From a virus (Duplodnaviria; Heunggongvirae; Uroviricota; Caudoviricetes), in the IMG/VR virus record IMGVR_UViG_2563366799_000010, positions 1 to 45,378 of that record: a stretch of 45,378 nucleotides of DNA; one strand, written 5' to 3'. Both the position numbers and the translations under genes were made by a program. How positions within the stretch are numbered: position 1 is the stretch's first letter; every line of letters starts with the position of its first letter. Shown here one piece after another: positions 19,828 to 30,574 of the stretch. Under the pieces are notes generated by a model. That model was not told where the DNA came from and searched no databases. It saw only the letters and a list, made by a program, of their open reading frames with translations.

Positions 19828-20580
19828 TCATTTTCTCGGTGCAGGAATCTGTACTTCAGGCCAGCATTTGCAGTTCGGCAAACATCCGGCGTGTCCGGTC
19901 ATACCGTCCAGCGTCGGCGGGTTATCCCAGCGCACAAATTTATCTTTCATCTTGCGGTGAGAATCGCGCGTTCCGGCCCCCTCGATACGCCACCAGTAGC
20001 CCTCTGAGCCAACCGAAAGGGCTCTGGCCTGCGTCAGCGCGCCGGTAGCTCGTCCAATCTCTGTGCGGGCAATCAGTTGCGCCCTGCTGGCGGTCACGTC
20101 ACCGGAGGCCATGATCATCTCGTAGAGTTCGTCCGGACGTTCACCAGTGATAACCGCCTGCATTGCGCGCTTTTGTATGTCCATCACGCGATCGGCTGCT
20201 TCCAGCGGCAGGGACTTCATCAGCTGAATCTGGCGGTACACGATATCCTGCGCCACCTGCCCGACGGGGGTATTACCCACCACATCGCGCAGGCCAGCGC
20301 CGATTTCCTCTGATACCGATTTCCACTGATTCCATTCCTCCTGCTCGACCTGGGCAAACATCCTTCGCCCGACCTGCTCTGCCCAGTCGCTGATTACCTC
20401 GGAATAGTCCACCAGCGTTTTCGAAATGCTGTCAGCGCTGGCCTGTGAACCATCGTAGGTACCATCGACGATCTGCCCTATCTGGTTTGCTATCGCCAAC
20501 AGGCTTTTTCGATACTGGATCTCCGAACGACGGCGGAGGGATGGTTTCAGGTTCATCCTCCTGCCACTGGGCCTTCGCAT
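19828..20580 (-). CDS. Head morphogenesis protein (SPP1 gp7 / Mu F-like)
   Basis: 250-aa ORF downstream of portal with C-terminal motifs typical of this family; true start uncertain (overlaps portal 3' end). Confidence 0.6.
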   Translation of the reverse strand: MRRPSGRRMNLKPSLRRRSEIQYRKSLLAIANQIGQIVDGTYDGSQASADSISKTLVDYSEVISDWAEQVGRRMFAQVEQEEWNQWKSVSEEIGAGLRDVVGNTPVGQVAQDIVYRQIQLMKSLPLEAADRVMDIQKRAMQAVITGERPDELYEMIMASGDVTASRAQLIARTEIGRATGALTQARALSVGSEGYWWRIEGAGTRDSHRKMKDKFVRWDNPPTLDGMTGHAGCLPNCKCWPEVQIPAPRK

Positions 20581-21901
20581 CTTCTATGTCCTCATCAGTG
20601 ATAGAACCACCGATCCCAATCACATCAGAAATGTTCCTGAGGTCGTTAAGCGCTGCTGCAGGCGTCATTCCGAGCTCACGAACGGCGGTACCGAGTGCGG
20701 TAACCACATTGTTCGCCATCGCTGCACGGTCCACGTCTGACATCTCCCAGAGCTTGTTAAACTCGAATGTAAAATCGTCAGGCAGTGGTTCACCGAACAG
20801 AGAGCGCCAGGAGATATCGAGCAGCCAGCGGATATGTCGGCGTAAGCGTCTCTCCTGCAGCGAGTTAACCCGGCTGTAGTAGTTTTCCAGATCGCCGTCG
20901 CCGGTGTTGAAACCTGCAGGGGACTGCCCGAACAGACGGACGAGAGGAATTCCCGTCGCGCCGGAAACCTGCTCAGCAAAGCGCAGAAGGACATCAGCGA
21001 TACCCGCAAACGTATAGCTGTGGGTTTCGAACTTATCCTTACCATCCATGATGGTCATGCCTTCGATGGTCTGGAACTGACGTATCATGTCCAGGTGCTT
21101 CATCAGCGCCTTTTCAAGGTCGCCTCCGGTAGCAAGAATCTTGCGCAGGTCTTCAATGCTGTAGGTCCGCAGATGCGCTTTGTGGATCAGCTGTGTGGTG
21201 CCGACGGTCGCAGTATCAAACGCCTCGATACGCTCGAAAATACGCTCCACGACAGACATCCCCCAGCCGTTTTCCGTCTGAGCCTGCTGGAAAGGAAGCG
21301 TATCGCCCTCCATGCGGATAACGCGGCTATGGTGGATCTTCCAGGGGGGAATCCCCTGCTGGTTCGTGATTACCTTGTAATATTTCGGTTTCCCAAAATC
21401 GGGACCGTAATCGGTAACGAGATCGTAATAACTCGGGTTAACCATCCAGCGGTCAAGGCTCATCACGCCCTTAAATTGCCCCTCTTTGATGCGATCCAGT
21501 TTAAGCGGGGAGGACATATCCTGCCCTTCAAGCAGGACCACCAGCACCGCGCCACCGTACAATCGTGACCATTTGAGGTTATCGTTAAGCCCATCCCATA
21601 TAGCGAGCTCATCCCAGAAGGTTTCGAGCTCGCCCTTTTGTCCGGGCTTCAGCTTTGAGCTGATGTTAATCCCCTTGCGGGTCATATCATCGGCCATCGC
21701 ATCCACACCGACACCAACGAGGAACGATGAACGATACGCAAACTCCAGCATCACCCTGTTACGGCTGATGTACCCGGGCATGTACATTCCGCCCGTCTGT
21801 ATGTTTCTGGTGTCGCTGCCAAGTTTGGCCGTGAAATTGTTGTACCCGTCAGCTGTCGCAACGGGCTTTTGTGCGCCGTTCTGGCGTTTCTTACGGGACA
21901 T
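20432..21901 (-). CDS. Portal protein
   Basis: About 490 aa, directly downstream of the large terminase; start at the ATG 2 nt after the terminase stop. Confidence 0.7.
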   Translation of the reverse strand: MSRKKRQNGAQKPVATADGYNNFTAKLGSDTRNIQTGGMYMPGYISRNRVMLEFAYRSSFLVGVGVDAMADDMTRKGINISSKLKPGQKGELETFWDELAIWDGLNDNLKWSRLYGGAVLVVLLEGQDMSSPLKLDRIKEGQFKGVMSLDRWMVNPSYYDLVTDYGPDFGKPKYYKVITNQQGIPPWKIHHSRVIRMEGDTLPFQQAQTENGWGMSVVERIFERIEAFDTATVGTTQLIHKAHLRTYSIEDLRKILATGGDLEKALMKHLDMIRQFQTIEGMTIMDGKDKFETHSYTFAGIADVLLRFAEQVSGATGIPLVRLFGQSPAGFNTGDGDLENYYSRVNSLQERRLRRHIRWLLDISWRSLFGEPLPDDFTFEFNKLWEMSDVDRAAMANNVVTALGTAVRELGMTPAAALNDLRNISDVIGIGGSITDEDIEDAKAQWQEDEPETIPPPSFGDPVSKKPVGDSKPDRADRRWYLRWFTGQR

Positions 21902-21902
21902 G

Positions 21903-23528
21903 TCACGCTCCGGCCAGTTTGGCCCAATTATCAAGAGAGGAATCCATCGGCGCGTAGTTAATCATCACGGCGTCAGCGAGGTTCGGCGACTTGGTGCCGT
22001 CAGGCTGTTTATCAACAACGATTTTCCCCACACCGTTAATGGAATAGGTCGGTTGCGACAGCTCGATGATGAGTTTGTCTTTGCTCGCCATGGCGCTGCT
22101 GATTGAGATAATTTCGTCCGGGTTGTAGGCCATTCCCTCAACCACGGCGCGATAGGTGTTCTGGAAAAGCTTGCGTAATTGCCACCAGCTCTGGGCCTTG
22201 GCGTTAGCAAAGAAGTCCTTGTTCAGGCGGGCGGCCTGTCCGTTGTCGCCGCGCACCGCTTCATCGTCCGGATCAAATACCGCGCCGCTACCACGAAACG
22301 GTGTGGCGAGTATTGACGGTCGGCGCGCTGCGTTACGCAGTTCGTTGATGGCGCGCGCATCGCCGCGAACGCCAGCACCCAGGCCGTCCTCGTCGAAGCG
22401 AAACTCTTCGAGGTTGTCCTGTTCGCAAAAGCCGAAGACCTTCTCAACAGACTGGTAAATGTCGCTGCCAACGCCGGACCATTCACGCACGTTCTCCAGA
22501 AGGAAGCCGTGACGGGTCGAAAAGGCGTTTTTGTCCCGGCCTTCGTCGGCGACGTCCATCGCGCCCAGTCGCTTGCCCGTTGGCTGAATACCAAGTTTGA
22601 TATGCGCGTCGACGGCAGCCTGTACCCAATCGGACGGGATCAGGACGCCTTCCGCAGATGCGCTGTAGTTCAGGTCAAGTTCCTGCGCCACCACCACCGG
22701 ATTGTCGATTTTCTCGCACTCCCTGCGATACCACTCTTCATCCTTGCGCGGGTCATCTCGCCAGTGGAACGTGAATACTGGTATTTTTCCGCCGTGGCGC
22801 TTCTGCGCGAACGGGTTCGCCATGCCATTAACCGAGCTCAGGTCAATACGGCAACGGGTGGTTTGCGACAGCGCCGCATCAATCAACAGAGGACGCTGGA
22901 GGAATGCAGCTTCATCCACCAGGTAGAGCGTGGTACGGTCACCACGTCCGATATTGTCGCCAGCCTCGCCTTTGATAACCGCGCCAGTATCTGGAAACTC
23001 AACGCGCATATAAGGCGCATGCTTCTTCTCGTCCCACGAGCCACGAAACTCGATGGGCAGTGTTTCCACGAACTTTCGCGCCTTCCAGAACAGCGCCTTC
23101 GGGTCACCGGTGCTGTCGACGTATTCCTCTTTACGGGAGCCGAAACCGATAACCATTTCTTTGTTGAAGAGGCAGAGCGAACAGGCCAGCCCGATCGCCG
23201 TCCAGCTGAGCCCCATTTCGCGGCTCTTTTCGGTGATGCCGTTCTCCAGTCGTTCGCGCCGCTCCATGATCCAGTGAATCCACTCTTCCTGTTTCGGGAA
23301 CAGCAGAAAAGGGATGGTGACCGGCAGGCCATAATCGATGTTACGCGGGTCAGTAGTCATACCCCAGTCGATGATGAACTGTGCCGGGTTGGTGCGGTAA
23401 AACTGCTTTAGCGCTGGCAGCATTTCAGGGTTCTGGCGAATGCGCTGTAAGCGCTCCATCCGCCATTCAAAAACCATCTGGTAATCAGGGTTTCTGAAAT
23501 CGAATTCAAACGGGAGAGGCATGATCAC
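21903..23528 (-). CDS. Terminase large subunit
   Basis: 541-aa ORF with an N-terminal ATPase region and C-terminal nuclease-like region; overlaps the small subunit stop by 4 nt. Confidence 0.8.
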   Translation of the reverse strand: MIMPLPFEFDFRNPDYQMVFEWRMERLQRIRQNPEMLPALKQFYRTNPAQFIIDWGMTTDPRNIDYGLPVTIPFLLFPKQEEWIHWIMERRERLENGITEKSREMGLSWTAIGLACSLCLFNKEMVIGFGSRKEEYVDSTGDPKALFWKARKFVETLPIEFRGSWDEKKHAPYMRVEFPDTGAVIKGEAGDNIGRGDRTTLYLVDEAAFLQRPLLIDAALSQTTRCRIDLSSVNGMANPFAQKRHGGKIPVFTFHWRDDPRKDEEWYRRECEKIDNPVVVAQELDLNYSASAEGVLIPSDWVQAAVDAHIKLGIQPTGKRLGAMDVADEGRDKNAFSTRHGFLLENVREWSGVGSDIYQSVEKVFGFCEQDNLEEFRFDEDGLGAGVRGDARAINELRNAARRPSILATPFRGSGAVFDPDDEAVRGDNGQAARLNKDFFANAKAQSWWQLRKLFQNTYRAVVEGMAYNPDEIISISSAMASKDKLIIELSQPTYSINGVGKIVVDKQPDGTKSPNLADAVMINYAPMDSSLDNWAKLAGA

Positions 23529-24154
23529 CCCATCATCTTGCGGTAAATCTCTGCGGCCTGATCTGCGGTGAGGTTGGTCGTCTCGGTCTTGATCGGGCCG
23601 CCATCCGCACCAGTCAGTTCGGTTTTCTTAGGTGCTTCCCACCCCTGCAACTCAGCCAACTGCTTTATTGCTGCCTTCGGGTCGTGCATCTTCAGTTTGA
23701 TACCATCTTTCCCTGAGATCAGCTCTGATACTGCGCTCATCGCGTCAGGGTCCTGAAGGGAAGAATCCTTGAAGCTCCAGACGGCTTGATAGACAGGATT
23801 TCCTTCTTCATCCTCCCCCACGATGCTGTTACTAAACTCGGCGATATCGGCGATAGAAGCACGGCCCATTTTAGACAAACGCTTAAGAGCTTCATCGCGG
23901 GTCATAATGGCCTCGTCGATGATTTCACCTTGAACAGACTTAATGAACGCCTGAACGTCGCAATTTGTCGCAATTACGTGCGCAGCTTTGCGGAGGTTGT
24001 CCCCCTTCGCTTTCCCTCCTGCTTTGCGGTAAGCCTCGGTCTGATTCTTGCCCTTGATAATGGCTAAGCTGAATCTTTTCTGGAGCGGAGTCAGCACATC
24101 GAAAAGGCGCTGCTGTTCCGCCGTTAGCTTTTTCGATGCCATGATGGTTTCCAT
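23525..24154 (-). CDS. Terminase small subunit
   Basis: 209-aa ORF immediately upstream of and coupled to the large terminase. Confidence 0.65.
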   Translation of the reverse strand: METIMASKKLTAEQQRLFDVLTPLQKRFSLAIIKGKNQTEAYRKAGGKAKGDNLRKAAHVIATNCDVQAFIKSVQGEIIDEAIMTRDEALKRLSKMGRASIADIAEFSNSIVGEDEEGNPVYQAVWSFKDSSLQDPDAMSAVSELISGKDGIKLKMHDPKAAIKQLAELQGWEAPKKTELTGADGGPIKTETTNLTADQAAEIYRKMMG

Positions 24155-24208
24155 AAGTTGTTAACATTATCGAAGCCCCTCATAGAGAAGGGCTCCTGTA
24201 ATGCCCGG

Positions 24209-24940
24209 TCAGTCCTTAATGAACTCTTCCGTGTGAATGCCGATTTCACCAGTAAGCAGCTGAGCACTGGTTGCGTCGATGCTCACTGATGTATGAGGGT
24301 TGGCGTTTTCGTTAAGCCATTTGATTACCGGATTCACTACGTCTTCGAAGGAGGAGCTGCGAGCCTTATTAACGTCGGAAACGTGGCAGTCACCAAGGCA
24401 TGGGCCTTTATCGGAAAAACAGTTAACGCAGGAATGATCGTGGATTTTCTCAGGGACGCTAAAAGTCTCATGAAAACCATGGCCTTCTTGGTACCAGCGC
24501 CAACAAGCGCGATATTCATAATCGACCGCCTCGTCATGCAACTGCCAAAGCAGATCAGGATTGCTAATGAGCTCATGGCAGATTTTAGGCTGATAGCCTT
24601 CCCCAATGGCCTGCTTGATATATTCAATCATGGCCTCGCGTGAGGGTGGCTTAGTCTGCTCTTCCTGAGTCCCGTCAGTTTCATCATCATATTCAAACAC
24701 CGGGAAGCAACGCACACTGTCAACGAGGTGGTCACGAAAGATACGGGTTTCCAGCGAATCGGGCGCTGTAAACAACTCAATATTTACTCCGGAACCGAGG
24801 TTAATTTTCGGTTTATCTTTCGAGTACCCCTCAAACAACAGGCTTTCGACCAGATTGTGGGCGTTGATAATGCCGGGAAGCTTGCCGGAAGGCTGAGAAA
24901 GCTGCAGAAGCTGAACTTTCCAATACTTGATAACTTTCAT
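24209..24940 (-). CDS. Hypothetical Cys/His-rich protein between lysis cassette and terminase
   Basis: ATG at 24940 with an AAGGAA RBS; C-terminal cluster HDHSCVNCFSDKGPCLGDCH suggests metal binding; function unknown. Confidence 0.5.
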   Translation of the reverse strand: MKVIKYWKVQLLQLSQPSGKLPGIINAHNLVESLLFEGYSKDKPKINLGSGVNIELFTAPDSLETRIFRDHLVDSVRCFPVFEYDDETDGTQEEQTKPPSREAMIEYIKQAIGEGYQPKICHELISNPDLLWQLHDEAVDYEYRACWRWYQEGHGFHETFSVPEKIHDHSCVNCFSDKGPCLGDCHVSDVNKARSSSFEDVVNPVIKWLNENANPHTSVSIDATSAQLLTGEIGIHTEEFIKD

Positions 24941-25077
24941 GCTGTTTTCCTTTAGATGTGAGCCTGTCGTACAGGAACGCCGCCCGAGAGAGGTCGCCAC
25001 CTTTAACGGCGTTCCTCAGGCTCACGACTGAAAGACTCTCGATGGTTTGCGTGTACGATACGCATAAAAAAGCCCCG

Positions 25078-25401
25078 CTATTGCGAGGCTCTTGATGATT
25101 CGATTTTCCTGATTGCTGCCTTATCCAGATTGCACTGCCCCAGCGCCGTGTAGAGCTGAGCGTTTAACTCCAGACTTGCCTGCCACGTGAACGGAACCGT
25201 CATTCCGGGGATCGGCGTGTCAGCTGTCAGGTCAGCGCTTATCGGCACCACCGGGGCCGGAACGTAAACTGTTTTGGTATTCCCGCAGGCTGTCAGCAGC
25301 GGCAGCAGGAACAAGCTGGTTAGCACACGGATCGCCTTCAAGCGCCTGCCTGATGTAGACAATGCGTGTCTCGCCTTTTTTGGCCAGTTCGTTCTTTGCA
25401 T
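25078..25401 (-). CDS. Rz1: o-spanin (Rz1-like outer membrane lipoprotein), overlapping the 3' end of Rz in another frame
   Basis: Lipobox LLTAC and a Pro-rich mature region; start ambiguous (ATG at 25401, or TTG at 25341 / GTG at 25326). Confidence 0.5.
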   Translation of the reverse strand: MQRTNWPKKARHALSTSGRRLKAIRVLTSLFLLPLLTACGNTKTVYVPAPVVPISADLTADTPIPGMTVPFTWQASLELNAQLYTALGQCNLDKAAIRKIESSRASQ

Positions 25402-25609
25402 TCTGGGTAGCCTGTGAGATGTCACGGATGAGGTTCATCGTGGTGATCACGTTTCTGGTGATCGCCTCCGATGTGTCTGCCCTGACCGTCGCCTTGTCAC
25501 GCTGTTCTTTGTAGGCGATGGCGTTATCACGGTAATGATTAACAGCCCATGACAGACAGACGATGATGCAGATAACCAGAGCGGAGATAATCGCGGTGAC
25601 TCTGCTCAT
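25232..25609 (-). CDS. Rz: i-spanin (Rz-like), N-terminal membrane anchor
   Basis: First about 31 residues match lambda Rz as recalled, then the sequence diverges; coupled to R. Confidence 0.65.
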   Translation of the reverse strand: MSRVTAIISALVICIIVCLSWAVNHYRDNAIAYKEQRDKATVRADTSEAITRNVITTMNLIRDISQATQNAKNELAKKGETRIVYIRQALEGDPCANQLVPAAAADSLREYQNSLRSGPGGADKR

Positions 25610-26082
25610 ACCTCAATCTCTCTGACCGTTCCGCCAGCTTCTTTGAATTTTGCAATCAGGCTGTCAGCCTTATGCTCGAACTGACCATAACCAGCGCCCG
25701 GCAGTGAAGCCCAGATATTGCTGCAACGGTCGATAGCCTGACGAATATCACCGCGATCAATCATCGGCAAAGCGCCACGTTCCTTAATCTGCTGCAATGC
25801 CACAGCGTCCTGGCTTTTCGGAGAGAAATCTTTCAGGCCAAGTTGCTTACGGTAGGCATCCCACCAACGGGAAAGAAGCTGGTAACGTCCGGCTGCTGTT
25901 GATTTGAGTTTTGGGTTTAGCGTGACAAGTTTGCGAGGGTGATCTGAGTAATCAGTGAATAGCTCTCCGCCAACAATGACGTCATAACCATGATTTCTGG
26001 TTTTCTGTCGTCCGTTATCTGTTCCCTCTGACCACGCCAGCATATCTAGGAACGCCTTACGTTGATTATTGATTTCCACCAT
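25606..26082 (-). CDS. R: Endolysin (lambda R-type lytic transglycosylase)
   Basis: 158-aa protein essentially matching lambda R as recalled. Confidence 0.9.
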   Translation of the reverse strand: MVEINNQRKAFLDMLAWSEGTDNGRQKTRNHGYDVIVGGELFTDYSDHPRKLVTLNPKLKSTAAGRYQLLSRWWDAYRKQLGLKDFSPKSQDAVALQQIKERGALPMIDRGDIRQAIDRCSNIWASLPGAGYGQFEHKADSLIAKFKEAGGTVREIEV

Positions 26083-26389
26083 CTTCTACTCCGGCTTTTT
26101 TAGCAGCGAAGCGTTTGATAAGCGAACCAATCGAGTCAGTACCGATGTAGCCGATGAACACGCTCGTTATATAAGCGAGATTGCTACTTAGTCCGGCGAA
26201 GTCGAGAAGGTCACGAATGAACCAGGCGATAATGGCGCACATCGTTGCGTCGATTACTGTTTTTGTAAACGCACCACCATTATATCTGCCGCGAAGGTAC
26301 GCCATTGCAAACGCAAGGATTGCCCCGATGCCTTGTTCCTTTGCCGCGAGAATGGCGGCTAACAGGTCATTTTTTTCTGGCATCTTCAT
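26066..26389 (-). CDS. S: Holin (lambda S type, dual-start MKM motif)
   Basis: 107-aa protein essentially matching lambda S as recalled; overlaps the R start. Confidence 0.9.
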   Translation of the reverse strand: MKMPEKNDLLAAILAAKEQGIGAILAFAMAYLRGRYNGGAFTKTVIDATMCAIIAWFIRDLLDFAGLSSNLAYITSVFIGYIGTDSIGSLIKRFAAKKAGVEDGGNQ

Positions 26390-27284
26390 GTCTTACCCCC
26401 AATAAGGGGACTTGCTCTATTTAATTAGGAATAAGGTCGATTACTGATAGAACAAATCCAGGCTACTGTGTTTAGTAATCAGATTTGTTCGTGACCGATA
26501 TGCACGGGCAAAACGGCAGGATGTTGTTAGCGCAACCTCTTGCCACCCGCTTTCACGAAGGTCATGTGTAGAAGGCAGAAGCGTAACTATCACTAATGAA
26601 TTCAGGCCAGACAGTGGCTACGGCTCAGTTTGGGTTGTGCTGTTGCTGGGCGGCGATGACGCCTGTACGCATTTGGTGATCCGGTTCTGCTTCCGGTATT
26701 CGCTTAATTCAGCACAACGGAAAGAGCATTTATGGCTCGCATCGCGGGAAAAAACCCACGGTAGAGAGTCGAACTCTACAAATACTCTTACCTGCTGTGC
26801 GCTCCGTTTCGTGGAGCTAACGGCAACGACATTACCGGATTATTCGCTGCACCCTTGAGGGATTTACTAAGGCGACATGCCCGTTGTTACCCACGAATGA
26901 AAGCTCTATCTTTCGAACAGACTTTGCGCGCAAGAACGACGATAAATCATAAAGCTCTCATTGGTGGGTGCCCATTATTAATCACAGCGGGCCACTGCGC
27001 CGAATTTGTTCACAAGGAATCGGAAGACCTTGCTGACTTACAGGCTATTACGCCGCCATCAGAACAACATCATCGTTTGCATTTATCTTTGTGGTCAGTT
27101 TCTAAAAACCCGCAAAGTCGCCAACTCTGACGAAAACTATCGTTGTGCTGCCACAACGATAAGAGCACTCGGTGCATTTAAGCCAAGCCCCATAAGGGAG
27201 AATGCTCTTACCTGTTGTGCAAACGCAAAAAGCCCCGAGCTATTAACTCAGGGCTTTATTTAACGAGTGCATTTATCCATCGTT

Positions 27285-27320
27285 GAGTCAAATTTACCCA
27301 ACTTTATTCAATAAGTCAAT
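27285..27320 (-). promoter_or_regulatory. Late promoter pR' with Q-utilisation (qut) region
   Basis: Minus strand reads TTGACT-17 nt-TAAATT immediately downstream of Q, the arrangement recalled for lambda pR'. Confidence 0.7.
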
Positions 27321-27361
27321 ATCATGCCGTTAATATGTTGCCATCCGTGGCAATCATGCTG

Positions 27362-27985
27362 CTAACGTGTGACCGCATTCAAAATATTGTCTGCGATTGA
27401 CTCTTCCTTGTGGCATTGCACCACCAGAGCGTCATACAGCGGCTTAACAGTGCGTGACCAGGTGGGTTGGGTAAGGTTTGGGATTAGCATCGTCACAGCG
27501 CGATATGCTGCGCTTGCTGGCATCCTTGAATAGCCGACGCCTTTGCATCTTCCGCACTCTTTCTCGACAACTCTCCCCCACTGCTCTGTTTTGGCTATAT
27601 CAACCGCACGGCCTGTACCGTGGCAATCTCTGCATCTTGCGCCCGGCGTCGCGGCACTACGGCAATAATCCGCATAAGCGAATGTTGCGAGCACTTGCAG
27701 TACCTTTGCCTTAGTATTTCCTTCAAGTTTTGCAACGCCACGGTATTTCCCCGATACCTTGTGTGCAAATTGCATCAGATAGTTGATAGCCTTTTGTTTG
27801 TCGTTCTGGCTGAGTTCATGCTTACCGCAGAATGCAGCCATTCCGAATCCGGCTTGTGATTGCGCCATCCCCATAGCAGCCATCACATCAGTACCGGAAA
27901 GAGAGTCAGAAGCCGTAGCCCGTGGTGAGTCGCTCATCATCGGGCTTTTTGGCGAATGAAATTTAGCTACGCTTTCGAGTCTCAT
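27362..27985 (-). CDS. Q: Late gene antiterminator Q
   Basis: 207-aa protein essentially matching lambda Q as recalled, including the Cys-rich zinc-binding region. Confidence 0.9.
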   Translation of the reverse strand: MRLESVAKFHSPKSPMMSDSPRATASDSLSGTDVMAAMGMAQSQAGFGMAAFCGKHELSQNDKQKAINYLMQFAHKVSGKYRGVAKLEGNTKAKVLQVLATFAYADYCRSAATPGARCRDCHGTGRAVDIAKTEQWGRVVEKECGRCKGVGYSRMPASAAYRAVTMLIPNLTQPTWSRTVKPLYDALVVQCHKEESIADNILNAVTR

Positions 27986-28647
27986 GCGCCTTCTCCCTGT
28001 ACCTGAATCAATGTGAGATTTCCGCAGAACACTGCGCCGGTATCGATATACATTTGGTTGGCAAATTTAAGTGGTTTCACTGCTGGCGTATGACCAAAGA
28101 TAAACGTGTCCGCGCCTTTAATTTCTTTCACGATCCCGTCTTGTGAGTTGCTGATTCGTTCGCGGTTCCAGATTACCTGCTGATGATCAACTGGCTTTCC
28201 AAATTCGTATTCGTCACAAGGATAATCGGCGTGGCAGATGACATATTTTTTACCTTTGCTCACCAGTTCGATGATTAACGGAAGTTCTTCTGCTTTATGG
28301 GCAAGAGCTTTAGCCAGAATTTCTTTGTCGTAATCGAGATTAAAGAACCAGCCACCGCCATTAAGCAGCCAGTGATTGACGCTTCCGCGCTCTGATAAGC
28401 CATCAATCATCATTTGCTCATGGTTTCCACGTACAGCTCTGAACCAGGGGAATGTGATTAATTCCAGGCATTCAACGTTCTCTGCACCACGATCAACCAA
28501 ATCGCCAACCGAGATAAGCAGGTCTTTTTTGGTGTCGAATCCTATCGTCTCCAGTTTTTTCATCAGGTTCGTGTAGCATCCGTGCAGATCGCCAACTACC
28601 CAAATATTTCGGTATTTGCTGCCATCAATTCTTTCGTAATAGCGCAT
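27982..28647 (-). CDS. ninI: Ser/Thr protein phosphatase (lambda orf221 / NinI)
   Basis: Metallophosphatase motifs GDLHG, GDLVDRG, GNHE; start at the internal ATG giving about 221 aa. Confidence 0.8.
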   Translation of the reverse strand: MRYYERIDGSKYRNIWVVGDLHGCYTNLMKKLETIGFDTKKDLLISVGDLVDRGAENVECLELITFPWFRAVRGNHEQMMIDGLSERGSVNHWLLNGGGWFFNLDYDKEILAKALAHKAEELPLIIELVSKGKKYVICHADYPCDEYEFGKPVDHQQVIWNRERISNSQDGIVKEIKGADTFIFGHTPAVKPLKFANQMYIDTGAVFCGNLTLIQVQGEGA

Positions 28648-28831
28648 CTCTTTCACTCCATCCGCGATGAACCATAAGAACGTCGTTGACGATGGCGTGC
28701 ATTTTCCCGTCTTTATCATCAACGTATTTTCTTACCGTGCCGCGACTACATTTCAGTCTGCGTGCCACTTCTGTCTGGTTTCCGTATGCTTCAACGAGCA
28801 TGTCTGGAATGGTTTTTACTGAGAACGTCAT
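28625..28831 (-). CDS. ninH: NinH
   Basis: 68 aa from the internal ATG; matches lambda NinH as recalled. Confidence 0.7.
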   Translation of the reverse strand: MTFSVKTIPDMLVEAYGNQTEVARRLKCSRGTVRKYVDDKDGKMHAIVNDVLMVHRGWSERDALLRKN

Positions 28832-29223
28832 GCGGCCTCCAGTAGCTCTGTAATCATTGGCAAACTCCCGCATGTTTCAGTCACAACCAACACAAGCATT
28901 CCACCTTTAATCGCCTGATAGCGCTTGATGCGCATATCGTCTATCTGACCGTCATCCAGCCAGAAGCCCGCACTGGTGAGTGCGTCAAAAACGGCTTTGG
29001 GCAGATTGTCCAAATCTCGTTTGCGGTTATCGGGAGGTGCTGCGTGGATGGTTATTCTGATGCGAGGTGTGATTTTGATGTCTAGCTGTTGTTGCTGGAT
29101 TATTTCGATTACTTCTTTTCGGTATCTCTTCCCCCAGTCGCTGATGTAGTGGATCCCTCTTGAGTGTCGCCAATATCGGTTGTTTGAAGGAGGCCACGGC
29201 AATTTTATTCGGTAGGTTTTCAT
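28828..29223 (-). CDS. rusA: RusA-family Holliday junction resolvase
   Basis: N-terminal LPWPPSNNRYWRH and ..RDLDNL..FWLDD.. motifs typical of RusA. Confidence 0.7.
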   Translation of the reverse strand: MKTYRIKLPWPPSNNRYWRHSRGIHYISDWGKRYRKEVIEIIQQQQLDIKITPRIRITIHAAPPDNRKRDLDNLPKAVFDALTSAGFWLDDGQIDDMRIKRYQAIKGGMLVLVVTETCGSLPMITELLEAA

Positions 29224-29510
29224 GACTTAATCTTCCCCTCCTTCAGCAGTATCGCCTGCGTCCTGATCACGCCTTCGAGGTGGTAAAGTCTGGCGTCTTT
29301 GTTGTCGATATTATGGGTGCGTCGGTCGATTTCATCGTGACACGCGCTACAAGCCCATGCGCCGATCAGGTCGTCAGGTTTCATTCCCGTTCCGCAAATT
29401 CCAGCCATCCGGTAATGTGCCAGAACTGTAGTTTCAGGATTACCATTGCATACGCCGTAAATACGTACCTGGCATTCTCTGTTGCGCGCTTCTTTGCGTA
29501 GGTTAGCCAT
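29220..29510 (-). CDS. DUF1364-family (YbcO-like) Cys-rich protein
   Basis: 96-aa ORF with conserved Cys/His pattern, in the usual position next to rusA. Confidence 0.5.
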   Translation of the reverse strand: MANLRKEARNRECQVRIYGVCNGNPETTVLAHYRMAGICGTGMKPDDLIGAWACSACHDEIDRRTHNIDNKDARLYHLEGVIRTQAILLKEGKIKS

Positions 29511-30232
29511 TAAGCAGCCTCCCCTGTTACTTTCAGCATTCCGTTATCGAGCAGCTTTCTGGTCAGCCACTGTTGACCACGGCCGGTGATTTTTGTGGTG
29601 AACGATATCTGTATTCCGTGATTTGTGTTGACCGCTGTTTCTTTCACTGTGAAATAGCCGCGCTCCATATATTCCTGCATTGGCACATTGCGCCGGGAAC
29701 CTGAAGCAATAAGGATTTTGTGATCGCGCATCCACGCAAACAGTTTGTTTGGACCAATTCCAACAACCTTTGCAAAGTTTCCAATCAAAATTCCGCTGGC
29801 CTCGCCAACGCGATCGGCAAACTCAACTTTAGGTGCGGCAATTGCGAGCTGGTTTTCCAGTTGCATTTTCTGCTCAGCAAGATCAGCAGCAAGGCGCAAC
29901 GCTTCTGGTAGCGTTTTGGGGATATTAACCGCAGTTTCTTCAAGCTCTCGCCAGCGGTCAACAAGGCGAGCGGTGAACTCTGGCGACAACTGGGCAACAA
30001 CAACAATACTATCTCGCTTACCTTGTTCGCCTTCGAAGACGTAATGCTCGTACTGAACATTGAACCCTAAGTTATTGATTCTTTCGGAAACCTCAATTTG
30101 AGGAAGCCGGATAACACCATTTTTAGCCAGCGTTTCGATGGTACGTTTCACATTGTCATGACGCTTACCCACCAAATAAGCGATTTCAATGCTTGTCATT
30201 TTGATGGCATTGCCATTTATTAACTCATTCAT
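29510..30232 (-). CDS. Phage antirepressor (Rha-like N-terminus, KilA-C-like C-terminus)
   Basis: 240-aa ORF; domain organisation inferred from sequence character. Confidence 0.55.
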   Translation of the reverse strand: MNELINGNAIKMTSIEIAYLVGKRHDNVKRTIETLAKNGVIRLPQIEVSERINNLGFNVQYEHYVFEGEQGKRDSIVVVAQLSPEFTARLVDRWRELEETAVNIPKTLPEALRLAADLAEQKMQLENQLAIAAPKVEFADRVGEASGILIGNFAKVVGIGPNKLFAWMRDHKILIASGSRRNVPMQEYMERGYFTVKETAVNTNHGIQISFTTKITGRGQQWLTRKLLDNGMLKVTGEAA

Positions 30233-30395
30233 CGTCTTCTTCCTCGTACATTGAGCTATTCGGATCGCTCATCAGTTCTGCGCAGCAATCGGAGCACACG
30301 TGAACTTCCAGCACATGCAGCTTCTGACCGCAGTTAGCGCACGTTAAAGCCCGCTCGACGCTTTCTTGTTCGTAACTTCGATTTGGGTCAATCAC
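30225..30395 (-). CDS. ninD: NinD (GTG start)
   Basis: 56-aa ORF below the ORF-track size cutoff, found by hand translation; matches lambda NinD as recalled; coordinates +/-1 nt. Confidence 0.55.
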   Translation of the reverse strand: MIDPNRSYEQESVERALTCANCGQKLHVLEVHVCSDCCAELMSDPNSSMYEEEDDE

Positions 30396-30574
30396 CTTGT
30401 TTTCCTCGCACGTTCTCTAAGCCACCGGATATCCCACAGGTGAGCCGTGTAGTTGAAGGTTTTTACGTCAGATTCTTTTGGGATTGGCTTGCGTTTATTT
30501 CTGGAGCGTTTCGTTGGAAGGTATTTGCAGTTTTCACAGATGATGTCGGTGATACTTCGTCGCTGTCGTCTCAT
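30392..30574 (-). CDS. ninE: NinE
   Basis: 60 aa from the internal ATG; matches lambda NinE as recalled. Confidence 0.7.
   Translation of the reverse strand: MRRQRRSITDIICENCKYLPTKRSRNKRKPIPKESDVKTFNYTAHLWDIRWLRERARKTR

Noticed and set aside
22509-23411. 300-aa plus-strand ORF
   Set aside because: Fully embedded antisense in the large terminase gene, whose ATPase/nuclease organisation supports the minus-strand frame.
26745-26830. Possible tRNA gene in the Q-S spacer (T-loop-like GAGTTCGACTC with flanking stem)
   Set aside because: Could not fold a cloverleaf: no acceptor-stem complement, no anticodon arm, no CCA end. More likely a terminator-like hairpin or a relic.
27095-27125. Candidate tR' terminator about 190 nt downstream of the pR' start
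   Set aside because: The position fits the lambda 6S RNA length as I recall it, but I could not identify a convincing stem-loop by eye, so I left it unannotated.
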